Source: Takakia lepidozioides (taxonomy: Eukaryota; Plantae; Bryophyta). Taken from it: DNA of 64,000 nucleotides. The notes beneath the pieces are model-generated. The model had not been told where the DNA came from, made no database searches, and saw only the letters and a list, made by a program, of their open reading frames with translations. The position numbers were made by a program, and so were the translations under genes. Positions within the stretch are counted from its first letter, which is position 1. Every line of letters starts with the position of its first letter. Shown one piece after another: positions 50,201 through 62,200 of this stretch. The DNA lies in the NCBI GenBank assembly GCA_030704615.1, contig CM060734.1, positions 26,226,001 through 26,290,000 of the forward strand, given 5' to 3'.

Positions 50201-51877
50201 CATGAGAAAAACTCAATGCATCTTTAAATTAAGGATATTTGTTCAAATATATTTTTATCTTCATAGGTAATGGTATACTAATCATATTTAATAAATGGTC
50301 TCATCCCAAATATTTGAGATATTATTATTATTATTATTATTGTTTATAATTATTTTTCCCTTATTTAGAAATAATAGCTATTTATTATTATCTTGTAGTT
50401 TATGAAATTTGTCCATATAACAATAAGCTCCTAGAGACAATAACAATAACAAAAACAATAACAATAACAATATATATATATTGTTAGCAAAGATGAAATT
50501 TTCAAAATGCTATGCACAAATCGTCATTTTGGGGGTTTTTTTGTTCAAAAAAAATCCATAGTGCCTTACATGAAGACTTTGAAAGCATTTGTAAGACAAA
50601 TGGCGCACCCGGAGGGTAGAATGGCGAAGGGGTATACATTTCAAGAAGCTATGTTCTATTGCATGGAGTACATGGCAAAGGGTGAGGAGGAAGCCCCTCG
50701 GATGTGGAAGAAAGAGGAGGATGCACAAACCAATGACATCGTTTTGCCCAAAAAATCGAAGAAGGTAAAATTGCCGACCTTGGTTATTGAGCAAGCGCAT
50801 GACTTCATATTGAAGAACACCCCATCCATACATGAGTGGGAGACAAGATACAATAACCTTGTTCAACAACGAGAGGATGAGACGCTTGAATGGAGGTGGA
50901 ACCATCCAAGGCCGGTTACTAGACGTCGTCGACGAGGAGCGGGCCGCTTCACAAGATTTGCCCGTGGAATTGAAGCCTCTAAGTTCATTCCAACAGTGGC
51001 TCAAGACTTCAGTTTATGACGCCGTTTCTCAAGGTAAGGTGGTTTCAGATTGGTGCAAGATTTGCAAGGGGCCCATCTCAATTCGCGACCTCATACACAC
51101 GGCGGTTTGGGATCACGGTCGTCATTTTTCGCATTGTGTGTGCTCTTGACATGAAGCGCAAAACAACGTTTGATTCTGGCTGTGTGCCACATATTGGCAA
51201 GACCCCGTGTGGGTAAGGGAGATACACGACACATGCTAGAGCAAACTTGAGTACATTGGAGAGCTTGAGAGCATACTCCAACTTCAGTATACAAGGGTAC
51301 GGCCACGGCCTCTTCTCTTCAAGGGAAGGTGGTTCCAGGCACATCTTGTGGGGTCTCCGCAACACTAGTGCGAGATGATTGTGGTTTCATGCGCGTCAAT
51401 GCAGATAGGCTCAACCCTACTCATCGTCCCTCCGATGAGCCTTTTGCATTTCCTTCAGACATGGAGCAAGTTTTCTTCTCCGATGACAAAACAAGAGGGG
51501 GAAATTGGAAGGTGGTTGTGCATGCTCGGCCAAGAGGAAGACGTTCTATCATGGTCTCGGATTTGCACGGGGTGAGGCAATTACGGTGGAGGGACGGACT
51601 GGTCATAATAATGATGCTGATGATGGAGTTTGGGTTAGGGGGTAGAGAGGATGATGACGCCCCAGAGAATGCATCCCGGACCCTATATGATGAAGCTCCA
51701 GAAGATACGGATGTTGGACAAGGAGATGAAGATACGGCCATTGACAACAAGGTGGAGGATGATTCGGAGGTGCCTTTTGAGGGCCGGGCCATTTATGACG
51801 ATGACTCCGATGGCCAAGAAGACTTGCAGCTTGATGAGGATGAAGAAGCTCCGGATGATGATGTTCAAGTTGATTAG
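47241..51877 (+). mobile_element. CACTA/En-Spm Tnp2-type transposase gene (multi-exon, degenerate), copy 1
   Basis: IFHACPCD..CPKC..RY; YFPFISRLK..MRWH; DSQAW; RLGFSSDAVNPY; STWPV; YLRPLVDELKELW; WTMHDYP; KGYHACLHC; DPMHIEKNV; FFDIQVHLVVHL; DEPFAFP..QVFF..WKVV; acidic tail. Confidence 0.93.
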
Positions 51878-51979
51878 ACACGTAATCAAAGCTACATAAT
51901 AATTCTCGCACCGAACTGTACCCATCATTTCGAGTGATTGTACATGTACATGCATATTGTAGCTTATTTCTATGATTTC

Positions 51980-54900
51980 CCTTGACAAGTAACTGTACGC
52001 GGGTTCTTCATGGGGAACGCAAGATGCCTCTCATCTGAAAAGATTGTCCGGCCATAGGGTCAAGTGAAGCATCCAATGCCGGGACCCCCCCTCCATAGCT
52101 CCTTAAGTTCATCAACTAAAGGTCGCAAGTACGTGTCCATGTTTGCCACTTGTTTTTTTCCTATGAGACATTCACATCATTGTTCCAATGCTCCACCATG
52201 CTAATTATACTTCATAATATTGAATGACACATCTTACTCCATGATTACTTTGACCACTCATCAATCTTCCATCGGAATGGGTTGACCCCATCCGAGGAGA
52301 AGACGAGGCGGACATGTTGTGGGTCGTCCAAGAGAAAAGGCTATCTCTCTTCAGTATGCCTCCATGCTTGTGAATATTGTGGCCCGCATACCTTTCCCCA
52401 GGGGCTCCGATACGAGGTTTGCCATCTCATCAGTTCTGCCAATGAGGGGCTTCGTTAGTGTGTCTTCAATCGCGGAATGATCGGAAAGTAATGCATTTTC
52501 TTATGAAATAACCCCCATGTCCCCCACATATAATCATTCCATTAGTACACATAATACAACACCCTTATGTCTTTCCATTTATACAGCCTCTCCCTCATTA
52601 AGGCATGAATTGTCAAAACCGAACGTCGCTAGTATTATTCACTCCTTCCAAAGCCACAATCAGATCTTGCATGAGTACTACTCTCTAAATCCTAAACTTT
52701 GTGGAATATACTTTACATGCATTGAGAAGATTAAAGAAGAAAATTTCCATGCGAGGGGGAATGGCGCTTATACCTTGCGTGGTATTTTTTTCCTTGGACT
52801 CATCCGATATCGGTCTTTCTTGCTTACTTGTGGGCACTTGGTGAGACGCGAATCCTCTCCGTATATAGGGTTTATCACATGGACTGCATGAAAAATCTTA
52901 TAGCCCATCCCTACAGAGTCCAAGACTTCGCGCGCCTCTTTCCGCGACCGTAGCATCTTGGGTTTCAAGTGTGGAACAAGGATGTAGCCCGCAATAGTTC
53001 GCATTATGGCAGACATCCCAACATTACTTATGGCAAATCAAATTTAAAGATTTAGCAAAAGTAAGATTGTTGAAAGCCGACTCATTTTCGCCCATTTGTA
53101 CAAGGGAGTTCACGCCTCCCTCTCCATGTCATTTAAGAGGGCCATTTTAGGGTCATCGATTGGCCGGGTTTCCTCTCCATGGGAGGCATCAGCGCCCACA
53201 TAATGCATTGAGAGATCCTCCATGGCTTGCACATCCTCCTGGTTAATTCCATCCTCACTATTGTTGTCACTGTCACTGTCATTGTCATTGTCATTATCGT
53301 TCGGCACTTCATCAACGGTGGGGGGGCCTTCTCGCCCACGGCTCCCACCTGATGTACTTTGGTTGTTTTTGGATGGGGTGCCAAGAGAAAGGACCGGGAA
53401 GGGAACAACAAAGTCCTGATAGGAACACATGAACATACGGCATATATTATAATGTGTCAATTGCAACAATACAACTTATTATAAGCGAAATGGCAACACA
53501 CAACCTTCAATGTGTGCATGCATCAAATATGTCATTCAGTAATTACATGTATGTCACGCATGCAAAGTTTCAAACCTAAACAAAATCATTTGCCCCCCAA
53601 GGACGCATTCACCCTATCAACAAATTTTGTTTATTGTGAAAGAAAATCCTCTCATGCCATTGCACCCATCAAATGGATGTGGCTCAAGCTTCATTTTTTT
53701 CCCACATGTGCTTGAATATGTGTGCAACACATGTACAAAGATTCAACAGAAAAAAAGAACATTTGCCTCCCCAACGACGCACTCACCCTTGAACCAATTT
53801 TGAATTAAATCGAATTTGAATGAATTTAAAATAAATATGTGCATTTAGAAAAATATAGGATTGCGGTTTGGTGTTGGGCGTAATGATTTTATTTTTGGCT
53901 CTTTGTTCTGTGACATCAGGGTTTGCACCACTACATCCATGCCAAAAATTGGACCAAACAAAAATAAAATAAAATAAAATAAAAAATTCTTGCTCGCTTT
54001 TGTAGAACTTTCTATGAAGATGCACGAAGTTGAAGACAAATCAACTTTGGGTGCAAATGAGGGAAGAAAATATGGTTTTGGGTCCAAATGACTTTTGTTC
54101 ACTCCCAAAATTTGCACGCACATTGCATATGTTGTCATTAAGCATATTACTTGAAAATGGAATTTAAAAAAAATCATGTGCAGGCGAAACGTAGTTTTCG
54201 TTCTCCATGACACGTAGCTGCGTTCAACACTTGAATGACCCATTGAATGAACTTGGTTCAACCTCATATTTGGTCCACATGTGCATAAGTATGTTCAGAT
54301 CACATATGCAAAGTCGCAACCCGCACGAGCAGCAAGAAAAGATATTTGCATCAATCGATTAATCGAATTTATACAAAGTACATCATGATATATCTACAAT
54401 GCCCCTCTATACGCGCGACCCTGTCTCAAAGCAACCCTATTTCTATCATACAACATCCCACATGCTATAACCGGACCGGAGGTCCCAATCATCCCGAGAA
54501 AACTCGTATGATGCAAATAGCTCGATGTCAGCCCTAATAGTCCTACTAGCACATGTCATCACAAACAGGTGCATCCCCTCACATTATACCGACGTATGAC
54601 CACAAAACCTCTCATGCCCATCGCTTTGCTTGTCCCATACTATTGGTTCTCCTAGGATGACCAAAAAAACTATTGACCAGCCCAGCAACATTGCTGAAGA
54701 CATCGGGGTCACCATCACAATATCTAATGTCAATGGGAGACAACCCCCGTCTATGTACATCCTGTCCGTTGACACACAAAATGTATGGTAGGATGTATGG
54801 GGTTCGAGGCATAATATACGGAATCCCCCTGTGGTGTAGTATGGACCGTAGTAGGGAACAAGTCCACCATGCTGTCTCTCCCAAGATGAACCACAATATC

Positions 54901-56700
54901 ATTGACCGTGAATGAACCCCGACCCCATAGCAGGGTCAGTAGCGGCTCTCACAACATACCGTCTCCCCCAATACTCGAACTCCACATTCTTTCGGATGGG
55001 GATAAGAGGGTCGAGATGATTCCCCCAACAATGAGGCTGAACGGTCTTCAGTAACATAGTCCTATGCGCTTCCCATCGGGGGCGAGGATCCTCACGCCCC
55101 CCAAGCCGAAGGGGAGGATACCTAGGGCAAAGCCGATGCCTCCTAGGGGTTCGGGGGCCACATGCACGTGGAGGTGGAGGTGGAGGTGGAGGTGGAGGGG
55201 TCGGTGGTACTGGTGGCGGAAAGAGATGAAAGTGGAGGTGGTTGAGGATGTAATGCCGGAGGTACAACCGAGGTGGATCAGGCAGAGAAACAGACGGAGG
55301 GGGGGCCCCACAATCGGCCTGCAAGCTGCTACTGCATGTAGGGCGCGGAGAATCATCAGATGAGGACACCGGATAAGGGGCCCGCCTGAGGACACCGGCC
55401 GAGGGGGGGGGGACCCTGCTCGTCGCCGGCCATAACGCCTGCGACACCTACGATACCCCCAAGACCTTACGCATCTCATCTATCTCATGCTGGGGGACCA
55501 ACTGGTCACAATCGGACACAGGGCTCTGGCCAAATTGTGCAAGCCCACCACCCCCGCAAAATGCCTCATGTGCAATGTGATTGCGAGCTTGGCATCAAGT
55601 CGTGCTAACAATTATGCGTTATATGATGCATCGTATTTGGGGTTGACGTATGAATACCAATCATACTATATTATTAAAATACCAATGTACTATGACTGAA
55701 CGTTAATGAGAGGGGGTGGAAAAGACTCACCTTCGCCGCATCCGCAATCTTGTTCAGCTTGTAATGTTCTTCGACAACATGCTCGCCGTCTCGGTGGTCT
55801 GGTGCTGCCCGGCGGTATCCGTGCCCAATACTTAGTGCACCAGCACTCCATCCTGTCGGGGGGGTCAAAGGTGGACGTGCTAGGGTATCTGGACTAGCAG
55901 GGCTCTCACCACGGGGTTTGTCACGAGGGGGCAACCCGCGGCACACCCCGACTTGATCCCGGAGTGTCAACATCCCCGCATCACCTGAAATTTGCCCCCG
56001 GTCCCGTCTACGATTGCGTCTGCCCGGCCCGTACTGAATCAGTTGCAATATGCCTTGCCTCATGTTCATGAATGCCCTAGGGTATTCCAATGGTTGCCAT
56101 TCCGGGTGTGGTACCGCATACCCGTCCGCGAGGTTGATGGGTCGATGACTCCTCACCTTCGCATCCTAATTAACACACACCACCATTTCTTTCATTCCTA
56201 TAAAGAAAAGAAAAAAACCCCAAAAATGCCAGGCCCACATTCCTGGAGGGCCTGGGCCTTTGCCTCAACAAGGAAGGGACTTTCAAATTGATAAACAGAG
56301 GCAGAGCATCCCTCAAACACTTGAACCCAGGACAATGAACCCAAAATGATATTCTCTTCAAGTTGCCCACACCATGGAAAAATTTAGTGAGACCCAGCGC
56401 TTTGCGCTTACCAAATTGAACCACTTTTTGGATATGTGAATCCTAATTAACGTCTATCCTTTGGAACCCAAAACCCAAAACCCAACACCAAAAGAAAAAA
56501 AAAACCCTACCCCAGTACCTTAAGGGAAAAAAAAAAAAAAAAACCCCCCTAAGAACCCCAAAAACCATTAAACCCTAAACCAAAAAATAACCCCCTATTT
56601 GCCTACCTTACAAGGCTGAGGGAAGGCGTGTCTTTGCGACGGCCGGCACAACGTGTCACTGCGATGGGTTTTTTTTTATTGTGACGCAGGGAGGTCGCTC
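51980..56700 (-). mobile_element. CACTA copy 2 (inverted, 3'-truncated): SET-like gene + 5' half of the transposase
   Basis: 51980-55270 is a diverged reverse complement of about 45100-48930 (e.g. MSAIMRTIA..RKEAREVLDSV, EYWGRRYVVRAATDPAMG). The upstream boundary is uncertain. Confidence 0.88.
54396..55447 (-). pseudogene. SET-domain-like gene, copy 2 (frameshifted)
   Basis: ..RAATDPAMG..; IRYCDGDPDVFSNVAGLVNS; TIRADIELFASYEF. Confidence 0.65.
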
Positions 56701-57449
56701 GTAAACGCCCCAATTTTTAAAAAACGGGCGGGGTTTACTTGCTCAAGTAGGAGTGGAGAGACTAGGGTTTAGGGTGGAGAGAAAACAGCTGCTTGCAAGG
56801 TCGAGAGGAGAATCGAGGCGCCGCCCCAAGCGTTGCGACCTCCACCGCCGCGCAGGTAAGCCGTGCCTCTCCTTGCTCTTTTGCTTTTCAAAATCGCCCT
56901 AAGACCATATCCTCCCAGCTCACCTCTCTCTCTCTTCTGTGGTAGAAGTGCCGCGCAGAGGCAGGGAGAAAATGAAGGGGCATAGGCACGGTTTTCGCGG
57001 CGGGGGGGGGGGGGGGGGGGGGGGGAAGAGAGAGAGGGCGGGGGTTCGCTGCGCCAACGTTGGCAGCAGCGGCAACGGCGACAGCAGCAGCGCTTGGATG
57101 AGGTAAGTTTTCTCCTTCCTCCCTCCCGGCCCGTCCTCTCAAGAATGGAGGGACCACAGTTAGCAAAACTGTTCCTATGATTCACAACAGCCCTGATGAA
57201 TTGGGTATGATTCAAAGGCTTACAACGCTCCCATTAGTTCTCTGAGATTGAGGAAGCAATTGAGCCTTTAAACGGATATAAAGCTGGTGTGTCCTGATGG
57301 CATTGTCAACGACTTATGAAGCATAGGGTGGACAGTGGTCTATGGCTTCCGCCTTTGGTCATGTGAGATCGGGAAGATGTGGAGAGTTGTCCATAACTTG
57401 TATGCTCACACCAAAATTTTGTGTCACTATTCATGGGAGAAGGAGCAGA

Positions 57450-57681
57450 GTCGATAGTGGAGGGAGTAGAGGGAGAGATGAGGGGAAAAAAGATAAATGA
57501 AAGGTGGGGGAGGGGGGGGGTGTGGGAGTGGTGAGTACTGAGCAGCTCATCTCTCCCTCTCTCTCCCTATGTCCCCTCTCTCCACATCCTGATGTGACAG
57601 CCTGAGGAGAGGGAAAAGAGGGAGAGCCAAGGATAGAGGGACAGAGGCGCAGCTCTGCTCAGTCATTCCCCCCTTCCCCCA

Positions 57682-57713
<32 letters not shown>

Positions 57714-58020
57714 CCCTCATCTCTCCCTCTCTCACCCTCTCTCCCTCTCTCTCCACATCCTGATGGGGCAGAGGGAGAGATGAGGGAAAGAGGGAGAGAC
57801 TTGAGAGAGGAGGAGAGAGGGACGAGATGAGGGAAAAAAAGAAAAAAAAAGGTGGGGAGGGGGGAGTGACTGAGCAGCTGCTCAGTCCCCCCCCCCCCCC
57901 CCGCCCCCATTTTTTATTTTTTATTTTTTTCCCCTCAACCCTCGCTTTCTCTCCCTCTCTCTCCACATCCTGATGGGACAGAGGGAGAGATGAGGGAGAA
58001 GAGGGAGAGACAGGGACAGA
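57450..58020. repeat. Low-complexity GA/CT region with three ctctccacatcctgatg copies, inverted arms and homopolymer runs
   Basis: Copies at about 57578, 57749, 57959; ctgagcagctgctcag palindrome; poly-T and poly-C runs. Confidence 0.7.
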
Positions 58021-58723
58021 GGTTTAGTGAGGATGTGCGAGGTGACTAATAGGTTCCATATGTGCTATAGATGTCAATCTGGTAATCAAAACATCAAAGA
58101 GCAGTTCAAATGAGTAGCATTCTCCATAACATAGAAGGTCTATGGAGGCTGCGCAAGCAAGATCTTGCATGCTTGTCCCTTGTTATATGCATAATGTTAA
58201 AGTTGTAGACAGGGTGAAGAAAGTACTCCCTAAGTACTTACAAGCAAAACTGGGTTGCATGTTTGAACAAAGGGGTACCAGGGTGGTTTCCACAACCCAT
58301 ATCATTCAAACCATGTAGTGATTCAAGCCAAGTTTAGAATCCAAACCAGGTGATAGTCCAAACCATGTATTAGAATTCATCCTTAGTGTCATACCCTGTT
58401 GTACACCAACCAGATGTGCAAGCAAAATTTCCATCACATAGAATGTATACCCTGCATAGCTTTTTAAATTGCAGAAATTCCAGGCTCTTAGTATACTCAA
58501 AGCCTTTGCAATGAAATACTACTTTTAGTCTTGTGGCTGCTGTACTGTCTGTGACTTCTCCCTTTCCATTCTATGAGAGACCTTCCAAACACTCTAGGCC
58601 AGATTAGGTAATAGAGGAAGTAAAGGAGGTACTTCCTGAGTTTCCCAGGTTACATATGCAGAAGCGCACCAGGGTAATACTTTCCTCAAAGCATCTGCAA
58701 TGAAATATGTCAGTCCTTGAAAG

Positions 58724-59223
58724 NNNNNNNNNNNNNNNNNNNNNNNNNNNNNNNNNNNNNNNNNNNNNNNNNNNNNNNNNNNNNNNNNNNNNNNNNNNNN
58801 NNNNNNNNNNNNNNNNNNNNNNNNNNNNNNNNNNNNNNNNNNNNNNNNNNNNNNNNNNNNNNNNNNNNNNNNNNNNNNNNNNNNNNNNNNNNNNNNNNNN
58901 NNNNNNNNNNNNNNNNNNNNNNNNNNNNNNNNNNNNNNNNNNNNNNNNNNNNNNNNNNNNNNNNNNNNNNNNNNNNNNNNNNNNNNNNNNNNNNNNNNNN
59001 NNNNNNNNNNNNNNNNNNNNNNNNNNNNNNNNNNNNNNNNNNNNNNNNNNNNNNNNNNNNNNNNNNNNNNNNNNNNNNNNNNNNNNNNNNNNNNNNNNNN
59101 NNNNNNNNNNNNNNNNNNNNNNNNNNNNNNNNNNNNNNNNNNNNNNNNNNNNNNNNNNNNNNNNNNNNNNNNNNNNNNNNNNNNNNNNNNNNNNNNNNNN
59201 NNNNNNNNNNNNNNNNNNNNNNN
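58724..59223. other. Assembly gap (500 N)
   Basis: Run of N. Confidence 1.
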
Positions 59224-59299
59224 GGAGGTTGGTGCAGGCGGCATGGCAGGTGAAGGGCGTGAGGACATGAAGGACAGCAGATCCGGCAATGGAGGTTGT

Positions 59300-62200
59300 T
59301 CATGCACATGCAGTAGGGCCGCCCACGCAAAGAAAAGAAGAAAGCTAAGCACATGCAATCCCCGGCGAAAGAGCAGTCATGGGCTGCGGAGGGGGGAGTG
59401 AGCAGTGCACAGAGGGTGTCAGTTCGCCTCAATCAAAGGTGGTCGTCCTGGAGGGCTCCCCTGCTGCTAGCCCTAGTAAGAACAAGAAAAGCCCGTGAGA
59501 GGCAAAAGAGAGGGCAAAAGAACAGACGAGACAGAATGCTAGCCGGAGGAAAGACAAAAGCAGCGGAAGAGGCCAGGGTGCCCAAATGACAGATGCCAAT
59601 GTAAGCGAGGGACCCACAGAGACGGTGGATCCTACAAGACACCACAGAGAGGCAGTAGCACACCGGTTAGACCATCGCGGGCAAGAGCAGCCCCCGCAAT
59701 TACCCATACGGTGGAGAGTGGAGGAGAGGAAAGAACACCTGAAAGAGCACGGATTGTGCAAGTTCGAGGTTGAAGCCAGGGAGAGGGCAGTAGAGACGAC
59801 GAGAGTGCTGGAGGTGGTTTTGCAGGTGGCTGACCCTGTTGAGGAGGACGACATGGAGGTTTTCTGACCAGGATGGACATCCTCCCGGACATCCCCAGGC
59901 CCCAAACCCGGAGCATACAGGCTGGATTGGCGGTCCTGGTGGGCTGCCGGAAAAACCCCTCTGCAGCAGACGTCATGTCTGAGGCGGGATATGAAGTTGG
60001 CCCCTGCCAAGATGTCTGGAGGCAACCCACAGCAACATTGGCAGGGTGCTGGGGGGCATGGTGTACCCGGGCCAAGCTTCGAATTCCCCTTTGCCGCTTG
60101 GTGTCATGCAGGGTGGTGAGACCTGCCCTCCCAGGCGATATCGACAAGCTGAAATTCTCTTTCCGGGATGGATATCGAATGGGGTCTGCCGCCTTTTATC
60201 GTTCCATGAGATACCGACCACGGAGCTTCCCGTGCCACACTTCCGATGAGGTGGACAAATGGGGTCCCCATTGGCAACGCGAAATGAGGAGTTCGAGAGA
60301 TCGATTGCTAGTGATCCTCTTTTTCAGCACATGTCCGGTAAAGATCTACGGTACGGCAATCATCGCTCCTGGCATAGGCTGGAGCACATTGCCCAAGCCC
60401 ACCCCAACGATCTCGATTGGCATTTCCCGTCGATTGTGTTGTGCTGAAGGTGCGGGGCCCAAAGATTCGCATCTTCTCAAAGCTTGCAATGGCCGACATC
60501 AACTCGTAAGCTACAACCCCTCTCGCTTTTGGACTTTGAATTTGGAAGTCATTTCATTCCTCCCCTATATTTGATGAAAATTCCCATTTCAGTATTGTTT
60601 GATGGAAATGTGGCACTGCAGGGTGACTGAGAATGCCTTCATTGCCACCAACTTGTCCCATATGCTCTTCCGAGTGAAGGATGTCGGGAAGCAGGGTGGT
60701 GCAAGAGGTTTGCCAATTCCCTCAGTGCCGACCTCCTGCGCAAGTTGGAGGCAAAGGCAGACAGAACCTGGTATAGGCTGAGCGTCGACGCCATGGTGGA
60801 CTACATATTTCGGGTAAAGCTCCTGACAGTTTTGTTGAGCTAATCTGTCTCTCCTCCCCAATAGAAGAAATTGTGTTGAGCAGGATCTCTAATCTTATGT
60901 GCGCATTTCTTGACAGACGAAAATACAGCAGGATTTGGCACATGCGCGGAGGTTCTACATGGAGTCAGAGGAGAAGAATCCAACCCTCCCGGAACTCGAA
61001 TCGTATGTCAAAGCTGCGGAGGTGAGGGCCCGCATAAAGTACAAGTCGCGGATGGTAAAGTACGTGGCCATAGCTGATCCCGCCCTTGGTGCCGACTTTC
61101 TGGTGGAGGTGGGAAGCACTACTCTCGCGCTCTGAAGCCCACGATGACATTGGAGAAGCTCCATCGTCTAGCCACATCCTATGTGGATGGCAACAGAAAA
61201 GGTGATACATTCTTAACAAAATTGTGGTGGCAACAACTCCTTTTTGTGGTGTTTGGCGCTTACGAATATGCTGGGTGGTTGGACAGACCCGGTGGCTCCA
61301 AATCTGGAATGGTTCCCAAAGTACCAGGGACATGTGGAGCTTCCCCAAACCGGACAAACTCTCTGACCCACATTCGACATGTGGATGAACCGCATGACAT
61401 GGTGGTTTCAGGTACTTCCCCACGCTTCGTTTGGGCTTCTACTCTAGTAGGGGGTGGATTCATTGTATTTTTTGAGGAAAGCGATCTGATGGACAATCTC
61501 CACAGGTGACGACGAATGCGCAAGAGCAGCTGGAACACAAGCACATCAGTTCAAGATGGAGATATCTCCTGCAGCAGAGAGCCTACGTGACTATGTGACG
61601 AGGTACTTTCTGCTCTACAAAACCAACCTATTCTTTCGGGAGATAGCAGATGCTCGCCGGAGCCACGAGTTCACGACCCCAGCGAACGCGGACAAAGCAG
61701 CAATGCGCCTTCTGTACAGGTACATACGCGCTGCCTTTCTTTCAAGTCCTGGCATTTCAGGATGTTAGAGGCCTCAAGTGGTGTTAGGGAAAATGGCGCC
61801 GAATTTCCAGTCAGGGCTCCGAAAATGGCTAAGTCCCTAGACTGGCTGGCCCGGAACTGGAAATTCGGCGCCATTTTCCAGTTCCAGGCCTATTGCCGTT
61901 CAAGGACTTAGCCATTTTCGGCCTAAGTCCCTAGACTGGCTGGCCCTGAAGTGGAAATTCGGCGCCATATTCCAGTTTTAGGCCCTATTGCCGTTCAGGG
62001 ACTTAGCCATTTTCGGCCTAAGTCCCTAGTGTGGCTGGCCCGCAACTGGAAATTCGGCGCCGTTTTCCAGTTCTAGGCCCTATTGCCGTCCAGGGACTTA
62101 GCCATTTTCGGGCTAAGTCCCTAGACTGGCTGGCCCTGAACTGGAAATTCGGCGCCCTTTTCCAGTTCCAGGCCATATTGCCGTTCAGGGACTTAGCCAT

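Noticed and set aside
58594-59432. ORFs spanning the second gap
   Set aside because: Mostly X residues from the N run.
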